Shown here: one piece after another, positions 1-13,380 of the stretch
Position numbering within the stretch: position 1 is the first letter of the stretch
How the letters are laid out: every line of letters starts with the position of its first letter
Source of the DNA: Eledone cirrhosa
Taxonomy: Eukaryota
Assembly: GCA_964016885.1 (NCBI GenBank)
Contig: OZ024765.1
Coordinates: 10,974,001 to 11,038,000, forward strand
Length of the DNA: 64,000 bases
Direction of reading: 5' to 3'
Notes under the pieces: generated by a model
What the model was told of the DNA's origin: nothing
Seen by the model: the letters and a program-made list of their open reading frames with translations, nothing else
The model's database searches: none
Position numbers and translations under genes: made by a program

Positions 1-260
1 TTTTGTTTGTTTTTTCTTAGTATTGTCTGTTAATGGCGACTGCGGTGAAATTTGAAAAAAGTCACTCGAAGGTAAAGCCAATCATTGTCACAATTTAATG
101 TCTGAACTTCAATATTTTCATGATGTAATTAAAATTTCATAACTTGAATTTATTGAACTCCGATTTGATTTCTCATAAATGTTTTAATAATGCATATTCT
201 GCTTAGATATTGTCGATGTTGTACATTACGATTTTGTTGACATTATCTGATGTCTTTAAG

Positions 261-362
261 CCGAGGTTAACTTTGCCTTTCATCCTTACGGGGTCGATAA
301 ACTAAAATACCAGTAATGCACTGGGGTAATTGCTGGTCTTGTGCCAAAAGTAGAAACAATTA
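261..362 (+). mobile_element. Nin-domain tRNA-SINE, 3' fragment
   Basis: CCGAGGTTAACTTTGCCTTTCATCCTTACGGGGTCGATAA...TACCAG...GTAGAAACAATTAT, shared with many copies in the window. Confidence 0.8.
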
Positions 363-2324
363 TCTCTTATAAGCAGTATAATGGCGTGTTCCGCCTCTCA
401 TATTTACATTTTCTTCTGTAATACTGTATTGTCATTTATATTTTCAAGTCCATCTTTTTAAATATTTCTTTCGTGGACATATCTTGAAGAATTCTTCTAT
501 GTATTGATAAATGTTTCAGAAAAAATATTTTCTAGTGTCTTCAGAGTATTTTTATACGCAGTAAAATGGTGATCCCTCCTCACGGTTATGTTTCCTTCTG
601 GAATACTGTACTTTCAAGTGCTTTCATTATTTTAAATATATATATATCTTCAGTTTGACTTATTTCCTCCATAATTGTATTTCCTACAGAGTAGTGTACT
701 AGTATTTATATTTTCAAGGCTTTACATTTATCTGGAATAATGTAATATTTCATGGCTTCCCTTAGGTTTCACTCCTCTAGTGTTGGGATTTCTTAATTAT
801 TCAGGTCTTTTATATTTTTTCTTGTCTGGATTCCTTCAATATCTTCTGTTCTTTCGGAAGTCGTGAGACAAGGCCCCCAAAACAATATTTTAAGTGGTAT
901 CTCTCATTTCATTTATCTAGAGTTTAAAGTTTACCTGACTTTACACAAGTTAAGAAAACATTTAATATTTCTGGTATTTTATTTTTTGTTCTTTAGTTTC
1001 CTTCAATAATTTCTGATTCCTTTCGGTGGTGTTTCACCTATTTATCTAGTTATAACACGTTTCTCTAAATAAAGGAAGGTTTTATTATATCTATCGTCCA
1101 ACTTGCTGTGTTCGTCTTTAACATTCTTATCCACTTTAAAATTAAAGATTTACACATTTCCGTTTTTTTTGTTGGGTGGAGTGAATAATAGGGGCATTGT
1201 AACCTCAAAATATCGATGTGGAAACCTGCTTGTATCTTAAACACTCAACATACCAATATGATAAATATATGTATGTTTACAAAAGCCATGTATAAGTATA
1301 CCTGCACATTAACTCTTATCCAAACATTTGTTTTTCAAAATATCGTGACATAATCCGATAAATACTGCTACTTGTCTTTGTAAGTGTTTCTTTTCAATGA
1401 ACTTTTCATTTCAGTTTTCAGCAGACAGTACTGGCGTTGAAGATGCAATAAATTGTCCTTATAATCACCAGCTTGTCTCAAATTCGTCTGTTTTGTTACT
1501 TCGTCCATTCCACGTTTAGTGTTACAAACTCTGACGTTTCTACACCAATTTTCTATCATTAATTCTTGATTGTATTTTAATGTAATAAAATATTTATTTT
1601 CAAATATTTACTTTCTCACGTTAATTCTTTCTCTTGTGCGTTGTTATCTCATGAATAAAAATATATATGATTTGCGAGAGAGGAAAAATGACACGACCTT
1701 CCTTCATCGCTGCCGGAGTCCAACTGGCAATGAACTGACCATGAGAGGCAAGTACTCGACAACAGTGAACATCGTGTTTGGTGTTGAGGAACACACTACC
1801 ATTTATATACTGTGGTAAATGGAAAGCCGAGTCAAACCTTATCAACATTCTCAGAGACCCTTTTCTCCCTTATGAAGCAGTGAAATAAAGAATTGCAAGG
1901 GATTATTTTTAACAGGAGACTGTTATGTTGTGGTTGTTGTTATATGTAGTTAGGGTTTCAATCTTTAGCTTGGATTGTAAAATTACTTTTATTAACTAAA
2001 AACAACATAAAAAAAATATATAGCGTCCTTGTACGTTCAAACTGAAGAGGCATTATTGCCAACACATCACTGTAAGATCAAATCTAACACACACTCACAT
2101 ATATATATAGATTGAGGGATGACAGAACTGAAGAGGCATTATTGCCAATACATCACTGTAGGATCAAATCTAACACACACACACATGTATATATTTAGTA
2201 ATCAGGTATGACCAATGAGGGTCGTTAATGGAGATCATCTGGTTGTGGGATCAAATCAACCCTGGCTAAATGAGATATCAAATCAAGATTTATTTTATCA
2301 AAGCCTCAGTAGTATAACAATCAA

Positions 2325-2753
2325 CGTCAACCCTTTATAGTATTAATTCGACTGAGAAAGGCATGAACACCACCACGTCAATTAAGCTTGGAAATAGAAA
2401 GTAGGTTTATAAATATTAATTTTCACCTTATTTTTGTATCCGTCTCGGTGGCCTATTGGTAAGTGTGAGAGATGACGAAGATCTTGGTCTCGAGTTCAAT
2501 CTTGCCCAGGCACTACAAAGTTTTTTTTTTTTTTTTCATAAGAAAAATGAAAAAATAGCGGATTCTGGTCGAGATTGAACACCTGACTAGGATCACCACC
2601 GTCTCTAACACTTACCATTAAGCCACCGAGACAACTACACAAACAAACTGAAAATTAATATTTATAAACCTACTTTCTATTGCGAAGCTTAATTGATGTA
2701 GTGGCGTTCATGGCTTTCTCAATATTATTAATACTACAAAAAGGGGTCGACAT
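2325..2753. repeat. Old imperfect inverted repeat (about 190-bp arms), each arm containing a tRNA-like head
   Basis: 2325-2510 is the reverse complement of about 2565-2753. The arms carry A-box-like TGGCCTATTGG and B-box-like GAGTTCAATC, around a T/A-rich spacer. Confidence 0.7.
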
Positions 2754-3786
2754 TAATTTTTATCCGTCTGGGACTTTCACGAAATATATTTTGATTTGGT
2801 TTCTCATTTCTCTAGGGTTTATTTGATCTTATATCCAGACGATCTGCAGTGTCGTTATTCAATGGTCATACATTTTTCTTCGGGTGAGGGTTGTGGAGAC
2901 AGAGCCCTCAAAAACTCCTTCCAGTGGGTCCTGTCAGAAGCAACCGATGTGTGTATGTTAGATTTGATCCTAGGTGGCGTTCAAGACTTTCACAGTATTA
3001 TTGGTACTAGAAAGGGTCGACCTTGTCTTTCATCCCTCTGGGGCTTCTCTAAAGTAAATCTTGCTTTTGTTTATTATCGCTCTAGGGTTGATTTGAACTT
3101 CCATTGACTCCGTCTGTAGTAGTACTCAATAACTTCAAATCTGTCATACCTCATTCCCATGTGTGTTTGTCTGTGTGTGATAGATTCCAACCAAGTGTGA
3201 TGTGTCGGTAAATTGTCAAACCTGATTCCTACATAGATAGATATGTGTACATATGTAAGATTTGAAACTACAATGATATGAGTTGAAGTAATGGCGCTAT
3301 GTATATGTAGTGTTTCCTCCAATAAAAATAATTAAAAGCAATTCTATATCATCCCAGTGAAAGATTGAACTCCTGACAAAACCTTACGCTACATAACACC
3401 AAAACTACATCACATACTTAACCACTAAGCCACCAACATACATAGAGATTTGTATATCAAAATAAAGTATTGAAACGTCAATTTTTTATTTTTAAATAAC
3501 ATTAGACCACCTTTGTGTTTTCAGAGCAGAAACTACGGACATTAATTTTGAATTTTAAGTTTTGAGAGCAGATAAAATAATGTACCAGTTACATACTGAG
3601 ATCAATTTAATACAGAGTCTTGTCACCGGAAATTCCTGGATATGTGCTTATATGTTCGTGAATAAATATAAGTAAAAATGTATAAATACATGCTGTATGT
3701 ATTTATAAATACGTACGTGCGTGCGTGTGTGCGTGAAAGGTAAACAGAAATAACAACACAATCGGTACGGTATTTGGATGAATAAT

Positions 3787-3971
3787 TGTTTCTACTTTAG
3801 GCACAAGGCCAGCAATTACCCAGTTCATTACTGGTACTTTATTTTATCGACCCCGTAAGGATGAAAGGCAAAGTCAACCTCGGCGGGATTTGAACTCAGA
3901 TCGTAAAGGGACGTACCTATGCTGGAAAGCATGGTGTCTGACCCTCTACCGATACTGCCAATCCACCACCC
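3787..3971 (-). mobile_element. Nin-domain tRNA-SINE with 14-bp TSD
   Basis: Full-length copy with TSD TTTGGATGAATAAT at 3773-3786 and 3972-3985. Confidence 0.9.
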
Positions 3972-4442
3972 TTTGGATGAATAATATTAGATTAACGCTT
4001 AATATAGCAGGAAGAGAGTCTTAACGTTTCGGGCGCTTGTTTTTCTCAGAAGGAAGGAGAAATAAAATAGATTGAGGGGACGGGCGGGTTGAAATTGGAA
4101 AAAATGACTTTAGAATAAAAAAACAGGCCCATTCATGTTGACATCTCTTGCAAAACTGTTGGTGCTAGCGTTAATACAAGTAAAGCATGTATGTATATAT
4201 ATATATATACATGTATATATATAAATCATGTACATGTATATATGTATATATATATAATTATATAATAAACAATACAATACAATTATTCCATTTACCAAAG
4301 GTTTCACCAAGTCAGGCAACCTCAACAGAGTCGTTCGAAGTCGTTCATCAGAAAGGACAATTTAATATGGATGTATCTTTTCTACAGAAATATATATATA
4401 TATATATATTTTCTACAGAAATATATATCAGTCCTATCATCT

Positions 4443-4583
4443 GATTTCTACAGCTGAGTAAACTGGAGCAATGTGAAATAAAGTGTCTTGCTCAAGGAAA
4501 CAACACATCACCCGGTCTGAGAATTGAACTCACAACCTTTCGATTGCAAGGCCAATGCTCTAACCACTAAGCTATGTGCCTCC
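4443..4583 (-). mobile_element. CORE-type tRNA-SINE, 5' part
   Basis: Matches the head of the copy at 22600 (GGAGGCACATGGCTTAGTGG...GAGTTCAATTCTC...CCTTGAGCAAGACACT). Confidence 0.8.
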
Positions 4584-4625
4584 ATATATAATATATAATA
4601 TATAATATATATATATATATATAAT

Positions 4626-4814
4626 GGCGGTGGATTGGCAGTATCGGTAGAGGGTCGGACGCCATGCTTTCCAGCATAGTTGCGTCCCTTTACGATCTGA
4701 GTTCAAGTCCCGCCGAGGTTGACTTTGCCTTTCATCCTTACGGGGTCGATAAAATAAAGTACCAGTAATGCACTGGGTAATTGCTGGCCTTGTGCCTAAA
4801 GTAGAAACAATTAT
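4626..4814 (+). mobile_element. Nin-domain tRNA-SINE, full length, in a (TA)n tract
   Basis: A-box TGGCAGTATCGG, B-box GAGTTCAAGTCC, and central GACTTTGCCTTTCATCCTTACGGGGTCGATAAA. Confidence 0.9.
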
Positions 4815-4839
4815 ATATATATATATATATTATATATAC

Positions 4840-4883
<44 letters not shown>

Positions 4884-5030
4884 ATATTATATATATATAT
4901 ATATATGTAGGAGTTGAGTTTTATTGTAGCACAATATAGCAATGCAAATACCGGATAAGAAGCACTCTACAGTTTGTAGGACTGGAGTATAAATAATATA
5001 AGATCAACAGATGGTTAAAAGAGTTCCAAG

Positions 5031-5101
5031 TATTTTATTATGCGCATTTCAAAAACAAATATCATCATGGGATGCTATCTGCGTTCTCATCAGATAAAAT
5101 A
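5031..5101 (-). ncRNA. Minimal type I hammerhead ribozyme in a Penelope-like pLTR fragment (element about 4907-5158)
   Basis: Minus strand reads TATTTTAT CTGATGA [16-bp imperfect stem II] GAAA TGCGCA TA ATAAAATA. Stem I is a perfect 8 bp and stem III is palindromic. Same family as the copy at 11472. Confidence 0.85.
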
Positions 5102-5156
5102 GGGATACATATGAAGGTTAAAAAACACTTGTGAATAGTGAAGTTTTAAATCAACA

Positions 5157-5431
5157 TATGTGTGTGTGTATATATATGTATATATACATATATATGTGTA
5201 TGTGTATGTATATATATACATATATGTGTGTGTCTATATATATATAATATATATATATATACACACATATATGTGTGTATATATATATATATGTGTGTAT
5301 GTATATATATATACATATATGTGTGTGTGTATATATATATACATATATGTATGTATATATATATATATACATATATGTGTATATATATATATATAGATAT
5401 ATGTGTGTATGTATATATATATACATATATG

Positions 5432-5474
<43 letters not shown>

Positions 5475-5495
5475 ATATATATACATATATGTATG

Positions 5496-5526
<31 letters not shown>

Positions 5527-5547
5527 ATATATATACATATATGTATG

Positions 5548-5579
<32 letters not shown>

Positions 5580-5583
5580 TATG

Positions 5584-5625
<42 letters not shown>

Positions 5626-5633
5626 TGTGTATG

Positions 5634-5679
<46 letters not shown>

Positions 5680-5683
5680 TGTG

Positions 5684-5721
<38 letters not shown>

Positions 5722-5725
5722 TGTG

Positions 5726-5765
<40 letters not shown>

Positions 5766-5801
5766 TGTGTATGTATATATATATATATATATATACACAT
5801 A

Positions 5802-5835
<34 letters not shown>

Positions 5836-5955
5836 CATGTGTATATGTATATATATATATGTGTGTATATATGTATATATATATATATATACATATATGT
5901 GTGTATGTATATATATACATATATGTGTGCGTGCTGGTGTATATGTATCTATATA
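5157..5955. repeat. Compound (TA)n/(TG)n microsatellite
   Basis: About 800 bp of TA/TG/CA dinucleotides. It is representative of similar tracts at 13825-14210, 14657-15256, 15738-15982, 19910-21200, 21845-22316, 25742-26023, 32388-33060, 34070-34570, 37421-37838, 47027-49152, 53220-53960 and 60340-61445. Confidence 0.95.
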
Positions 5956-6297
5956 TAGGAAAAAATAACAACAAAACAGTACAAGTTACGAAAAAATATG
6001 TGCTGCTGATAATAAAAACAGAAGACTTTTTGATTTTCACATAAGTTTCTTATTTTATCATATGGATGGTCACGGTTGGAACATTATTGGTTACTCATAT
6101 ATCGGGTCGTCCTCTCTTAGTTGGCCAGGTCTGACCTGTGGACAGATGTAAATAACTTAAACCCATCTCTGTGTGAAATAAAAGAAAGATTTATATACAT
6201 TTATTTTTACTGTGTTGTCGGTCAAGATCTAGAGATGGTTGACGTATTGGCGCCTGGTTCAATCCTGACCTAGACTAATCTTTAATATTATATGATA

Positions 6298-6482
6298 GTG
6301 GATTGGCAGTATCGGTAGAGGGTCGGGCGCCATGCTTTGAAGCATAGAGTTACCTCCCTTTATGATCTGAGTTCAAATCCCGCCCAGGTTAACTTTGCCT
6401 TTCATCCTTACGGGGTCGATAAAATAAAGTACCAGTAGTGTACTGGGTAATTGCTGGCCTTGTGCCAAAAGTAGAAACAATT
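6298..6482 (+). mobile_element. Nin-domain tRNA-SINE with about 12-bp TSD
   Basis: Family sequence, with TSD ATTATATGATAG at about 6287-6298 and 6480-6491. Confidence 0.88.
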
Positions 6483-6856
6483 ATATGATAGGAAAAGTGG
6501 GATGGTGGTGGAAAGAACCTTTCTAAAGGGAGATCACTCATGTATGTATAAAAGTTAGGAATAACACGACTCCAATAACGTGGTTGAGGTCTTCGTCGCT
6601 AGTCCATACCTGGTCTAGACTAATTCTTTACCATTGTTTGACAAGAAGTGTGTTTGGGTGGGATGGGGAGAAAACGGGATTTCATACAAGCTAGAAAACA
6701 TTGGTAGAAGTGATGGTCACTGATTCAATACTGTCCTATCTAATATTTTACCTCTGTACGATAGAGTACAGATCTCCAAAGAGGAGAACCTTTCCCCCCA
6801 AAAAAGAAAGATAACTCTAGCAAAACCATAAGAGGTTCTTGAATAAAGAACTTATT

Positions 6857-9284
6857 CCCCTTTGGCTAATACTGTCATGTAATGGTATGGACATCTCTGC
6901 CCCTGTGGCTAATAATTCTGTCATGTAATGTTATGGACATCTCTGTCCCTGTGGCTAATAACTCTGTCATGTAATGTTATGGACATCTCTGCCCCTGTGG
7001 CTAATAACTCTGTCATGTAATGTTATGGACATCTCTGTCCCTGTGGCTAATAATTCTGTCATGTAATGTTATGGACATCTCTGCCCCTTTGGCTAATACT
7101 GTCATGTAATGTTATGGACATCTCTGTCCCTGTGGCTAATAACTCTGTCATGTAATGTTATGGACATCTCTGCCCCTGTGGCTAATAATTCTGTCATGTA
7201 ATGTTATGGACATCTCTGCCCCTGTGGCTAATAATTCTGTCATGTAATGTTATGGACATCTCTGCCCCTGTGGCTAATAATTCTGTCATGTAATGTTATG
7301 GACATCTCTGCCCCTTTGGCTAATAATTCTGTCATGTAATGTTATGGACATCTCTGCCCCTGTGGCTAATAATTCTGTCATGTAATGTTATGGACATCTC
7401 TGCCCCTGTGGCTAATAACTCGGTCATGTAATGTTATGGACATCTCTGCCCCTGTGGCTAATAATTCTGTCATGTAATGTTATGGACATCTCTGCCCCTG
7501 TGGCTAATAAATCTGTCATGTAATGTTATGGACATCTCTGTCCCTGTGGCTAATAACTCTGTCATGTAATGTTATGGACATCTCTGTCCCTGTGGCTAAT
7601 AACTGTCATGTAATGTTATGGACATCTCTGCCCCTGTGGCTAATAATTCTGTCATGTAATGTTATGGACATCTCTGCCCCTGTGGCTAATAAATCTGTCA
7701 TGTAATGTTATGGACATCTCTGTCCCTGTGGCTAATAACTCTGTCATGTAATGTTATGGACATCTCTGTCCCTGTGGCAAATAATTCTGTCATGTAATGT
7801 TATGGACATCTCTGCCCCTGTGGCTAATAAATCTGTCATGTAATGTTATGGACATCTCTGCCCTTTGGCTAATAACTCTGTCATGTAATGTTTTGGACAT
7901 CTCTGCCCCTTGGCTAATAATTCTGTCATGTAATGTTATGGACATCTCTGTCCTTGTGGCTAATAACTCTGTCATGTAATGTTATGGACATCTCTGCCCC
8001 TGTGGCTAATAATTCTGACATGTAATGTTATGGACATCTCTGCCCCTGTGGCTAATAATTCTGTCATGTAATGTTATAGACATCTCTGCCCCTGTGGCTA
8101 ATAATTCTGTCATGTAATGTTATAGACATCTCTGCCCCTGTGGCTAATAAATCTGTCATGTAATGTTATGGACATCTCTGCCCCTGTGGCTAATAAATCT
8201 GTCATGTAATGTTATGGACATCTCTGCCCCCGTGGCTAATAAATCTGTCATGTAATGTTATGGACATCTCTGCCCCTGTGGCTAATAATTCTGTCATGTA
8301 ATGTTATGGACATCTGTGGCTAATAATTCTGTCATGTAATGTTATGGACATCTCTGCCCCTGTGGCTAATAAATCTGTCATGTAATGTTATGGACATCTC
8401 TGCCTCTGTGGCTAATAAATCTGTCATGTAATGTTATGGACATCTCTGCACCTGTGGCTAATACTGTCATGTAATGTTATGGACATCTCTGCCCCTGTGG
8501 CTAATAATTCTGTCATGTAATGTTATGGACATCTCTGCCCCCGTGGCTAATAAATCTGTCATGTAATGTTATGGACATCTCTGCCCCTGTGGCTAATAAT
8601 TCTGTCATGTAATGTTATGGACATCTCTGCCCCTGTGGCTAATAAATCTGTCATGTAATGTTATGGACATCTCTGCCCCCGTGGCTAATAAATCTGTCAT
8701 GTAATGTTATGGACATCTCTGCCCCTGTGGCTAATAATTCTGTCATGTAATGTTATGGACATCTCTGCCCCTGTGGCTAATAAATCTGTCATGTAATGTT
8801 ATGGACATCTCTGCACCTGTGGCTAATAATTCTGTCATGTAATGTTATGGACATCTCTGCCCCTGTGGCTAATAAATCTGTCATGTAATGTTATGGACAT
8901 CTCTGCCCCCGTGGCTAATAAATCTGTCATGTAATGTTATGGACATCTCTGCCCCTGTGGCTAATAATTCTGTCATGTAATGTTATGGACATCTCTGCCC
9001 CTGTGGCTAATAAATCTGTCATGTAATGTTATGGACATCTCTGCACCTGTGGCTAATACTGTCATGTAATGTTATGGACATCTCTGCCCCTGTGGCTAAT
9101 AAATCTGTCATGTAATGTTATGGACATCTCTGCCCCTGTGGCTAATAATTCTGTCATGTAATGTTATGGACATCTCTGCCCCTGTGGCTAATAAATCTGT
9201 CATGTAATGTTATGGACATCTCTGCACCTGTGGCTAATAATTCTGTCATGTAATGTTATGGACATCTCTGCCCCTGTGGCTAAT
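6857..9284. repeat. 46-bp minisatellite, about 52 copies
   Basis: Unit CTGTCATGTAATGTTATGGACATCTCTGCCCCTGTGGCTAATAA(T/A/C)T, in head-to-tail near-identical copies with no spacers. Confidence 0.97.
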
Positions 9285-11194
9285 CTCGTTGTTTCTAGCA
9301 CTTGTTTTGACCATGAAAATATCCACTCAGCGTAAAGATTTTCATAAAAAAATTAAATTAGTCCTTTAGAGTGACCTCCCTTTGACCGTGAAATTCATGT
9401 AAACCATTAAAGCTAAAATTGACCTCATTGACTTTGTTACCTCATAACTTTCTTAATAATTTATATTTTGTGTTGAAATTTAACAGAAATACGCATTAAA
9501 GGTTGTAGATTACGATTCTTGAGATGAATTTAAAATATCTATTAACCGAAAATATATAATAAGGCTAGAAATATAATTGGTAGATTTGTTTACTATTTCC
9601 ACCTATGGTTATGGCTTGAGCGAGATTTCGTTGTAATTACTATATATTTTATTGTGTATATATGTATTATGTACATCTATTAAGCATCATTTAAAGAAAA
9701 TGTGGCTGCCATTTCTAGCGTTTTATATTTATATGCGTGTGTGTATGTTTGCATACGCCCATATATATATATATATAATATTTAATATAGAAATGGCTTC
9801 TACGGGACTAGAACCGATAATTTCCTTCGAATGAAACAGTTCTAGCCCCGTAGAAGCCACTTCTATATTAAATATTGTATATACTCTCTGTATTGAGTAC
9901 CTTACTTACTGCGGTTAACCCCGATTGAAACCGGGATACACACACATAATATATACATATAGAGGTGTATATGAAAGCATATAATATATATATTAATAGG
10001 TGTGCGTATGAAACCAAATGCAAACCCATATATACATAAAACGTTAGAAATAGCAGCTGAATGTCATTTAAATCACTACACACTGCCTTAAAACCTCGTA
10101 GAAATAGTAAACAAATCTCACCAAAATCACAGAAGAAACACGAGGCCGTTTGAAATATTGTAAACAAAGAGTAAAATATATTGGATTTATGAAAATATGT
10201 ACGTTTATACACGAATATATATATTTGTATTCATGTGTGATTACTCCGCTATTTTAAATAACACAGTGAGGTTTTTAAAAACTCCACCGCATATTTGTAG
10301 CGAAATTATCAACTTTTCAAACAATATATTCTGTTAATAACTGTTTCACTGGTTAACTCACAACAATTGTGTAAATAAATTATTATTATTACGTGTATGA
10401 ATTAGAGAGGAAGATTTAAGATATTTTCTTGCCGTTTTTTGTTGATAAAATCAAGATGGAGTTGTCACTGATGACTCAGCAAACTCTTGTGGCATTATGG
10501 GTAATATTTTAGAATTTAATATATGAAAGTATAACCCATTCTCTGTATGTATGCATGCATATTATATATATAAAACATGTATTAAGATATATTATATACA
10601 TCGTATATATACTTTGGGCGGGTCATACTGCCAATAAAAAACACGCACACATGAGGTTTTATATATCGTCTTCAGTTTGTCTTATCGTTTCCAAAGTTGA
10701 AATGTTCCGCATTGTTAAGCACGGAGTCCATGATAACCAGAATGTAAACATAGAAATATATATATATAATATATTTTCCATCGAATGAATAGAAGCAAAC
10801 ACATACACACCCGTACACCAGGTCCGAATAAGAGGAGCCGATCTCCAATTGTTGAAATTCCTCTGGTGTTTACTTTGGAATAGTGTACTAATATTTATAT
10901 GTTCAATCCCTTACATTTACCTGTGTGTGGTGGAACCCCTTCCTGGTTAACCTCGACTGCTTTCCATCTCATAGTGAAATAGTGTACTAATATTTACATA
11001 GTTCTATAAGATCACCACCTTAGCTTTACCTCCTTCAAAGTTGCAATTCCTAAGGTTTTACATCTTTCTTCACAAGATAAATTTCTTTCCTCATAACTTT
11101 TTTAATAATGCATGTTATTAAAAAAAAAGAGAGAGACATTTTCGATTACGATTTTGTTGATGAAATTATCTGATGTCTTTAGAGCATTATTTCT

Positions 11195-11375
11195 TGGCAG
11201 TATCGGTAGAGGGTCAGACCCCATACTTTGAGGCATGGAATTACGGGCCTTGCCATTCTGAGTTCAAATCTCGCCGGGTTTAACTTTGTCTTTCATCCTT
11301 ACGGGGTCGATAAAATAAAGTACCAGTAATGTACTGGGATAATTGCTGGCCTTGAGCCAAAAGTAGAAACAATTA
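11195..11375 (+). mobile_element. Nin-domain tRNA-SINE
   Basis: Family sequence running from TGGCAGTATCGG to GTAGAAACAATTAT. Confidence 0.85.
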
Positions 11376-11420
11376 TGAGTTAACAATTAATCCCTCCATA
11401 CATATATATATATATATATT

Positions 11421-13380
11421 ATATATATTATATAATATATAAGATCAAAAGATGGTTAAATGAGTTCCATGTATTATGCGCATTTCAAAAACAAATATCA
11501 TCATGCAATAACATTTGTGTTTTCATCAGATAAAATAGGAGGACATGATATGAAGGTTAAAAACACTTGTGGATAGTGCAGTTTTAAATCAACATATGAA
11601 AAGTAGTTTTAGATTGATGTGTGATATTAGGGAAAACATTTTTTTGAGGGGGGGGGGAGGTTGGAAAGGATGAAAAAGAGGAGGAGATGAGAGTAAAAAG
11701 TGGAGGGGGAGGAGTATAATGAGGAAGGATGAGATAGGAGGAGAGATGGGTGATAGAGAGAGAGATAGCTTTTATAACTGAGAAAAATATATTGTTTTAC
11801 ATAGTAAGGTTGAAAAACCGTTGGAAGATAATGTATAAATTAAAAGAATTTGAAAATTAACGAAGAGAAAAATAATGTAAAGTTAAGGTTTGTATATTGA
11901 AGGGTTTAATAATATGTGCGATGAAAAGAAATTGTTAATATGTATTAAGAATAATATTTAAGGGTTTAATAATATGTGCGATGGAAAGAAAATGTTAATA
12001 TGTATTAAGAATAATATTTAAGGGTTTAATAATATGTGCGATGGAAAGAAAATGTTGATATGTATTATTAAAAAAACAGAAGTAATGTAAGTAAGGATAT
12101 ATTGTGAGATGATCATGAATAAGTTAGATGAAAGTGAGAAAAAAATAATGAATAGAGGATGAATAATCTAACGTAAAAAAAAATGTTTATGTTTACGAAG
12201 GATTTTTTCAAGGTGATATAAAGTAAGAATATAGTGTATTGTGTAATAATTGTTTCTATATTAGGCACAGTGAGAAAAGGTACAGATTAGGGGTTAGAAA
12301 TTAAAAGAAAAGGAAAAGGAAAAAAGGGAAGTGATGAATAGGAGTGATATAGAATATAATAAATAACTTTGAAATAAGGTAGAAAGATGGGTATATTTTT
12401 AAAGAAGTATATATATATATAGAAATGTGCCTTTGAGAAAAGGATTCTGAATTGATAAAGTTTAGGATATTAGCTGTATACTTTATGGAAAGTTCTGTGG
12501 AATTTATGCAAGCAGATAGAAAACAAGTCAGTGCGTCTATTTATTATAGAATCTAAATTAGATATAATGGTAAATTTTTCATTTAGACAGAGATTGCAAA
12601 TTTTGGATAGAGAACTGTTCAAGTATAAAGACGCAGAAGAAACCTTCTTCCAAAAGATGCTATATTTAATATTTTTGTCTTTCAAGGACCATATGAGTTC
12701 TGAGAGAGCCGTGTTGGTTCTTTTAAGTTGGTATTTAAAAGACGAATGATGATAATAAAGACGAGCTTTAAAGGCGGTGGAAGTGGAGCCAAAATAGGTG
12801 AAGGAATTGGTGTCAGTTATAACTTTACATTCGTAAATTAAGTTTTTATCAAGACAATGGTTGTTGAGAGGACATTTATTTTTAGCAGGGCAATTGCAAT
12901 TGCGATTAGAGAGATTATTAACGAGTGACCTAGTGTTATCTATAGAAGGAATTGGATTGGAGAAGTTATTTGCGATAGGAATAATAGTTTCTTGATTTAG
13001 AATGGGATTAAGAACATTTAGCGAAGTTGTGTTTGACGTTGTATTTGGGTTTGCAGAAATTAGCCGAGGGTTTACAATGACGTCGGGAGTACTATTACTA
13101 TTATTATGATATTCAGTGTTGGAAGGAAGAGATTTAGTATTTAGTATTTTATTGTTGTGTTTAGAGATAATGTTGGAAATGTTGGAGGATGTCGAATAGG
13201 AAAATTTTATAGTGTGTTTGTTAAATATTTTACTATAGATGTGAGGGAGGGAAGCATTTATTTAAGGCACTAAAGAATAATTTAGGAATATTATTATTAA
13301 TAGAGATGGAGAAAGGAGCATTATATCAGATTATGTTTTTGTATCTAGGTCTCTTATTAAAGTTATGGGAATGATCATGA
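11421..13380 (-). mobile_element. 5'-truncated Penelope-like retroelement (Naiad-type): RT thumb, Cys-rich linker, GIY-YIG endonuclease and 3' UTR/pLTR with hammerhead
   Basis: An open frame of about 13243-12470 reads HIYSKIFNKHTIKFSYS...NIISKHNNKIL...CNCPAKNKCPLNNHC..NLIYECKV..TYFGSTSTAFKARLYYH..TALSELIWSLK..CNLCLNEK..NRR..CLH. This contains CxCx5Cx5C, a GIY-YIG-like LIY/YFG pair and CxxC. The upstream KNII*YNAPFS motif is disrupted by a stop. The 3' end abuts (TA)n. Confidence 0.88.
11472..11536 (-). ncRNA. Minimal hammerhead ribozyme in the 3' region of the Penelope-like element
   Basis: Minus strand reads TATTTTAT CTGATGA AAACACAAATG...TATTTGTTTTT GAAA TGCGCA TA ATAC. The 3' strand of stem I is shortened by a deletion. 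Confidence 0.72.

Noticed and set aside
1368-1860. Short ORFs and a possible exon after ttttcag at about 1421
   Set aside because: No recognisable domain or consistent exon chain. It cannot be supported without transcript data.
2040-2075. CTGAAGA-GGCA-TTAT-TGCC hammerhead-like half (duplicated at about 2128)
   Set aside because: The GAAA and cleavage-site half is missing.
6857-9284. CRISPR array or repetitive protein
   Set aside because: There are no unique spacers. The 46-bp period is not a multiple of 3 and stops are frequent.
13315-13350. In-frame TGA in the Penelope-like ORF as possible selenocysteine
   Set aside because: It falls at the conserved Trp of the IIW(F/Y)N.PFS motif (TGG>TGA) in a degraded part of the copy, so ordinary decay is the simpler explanation.
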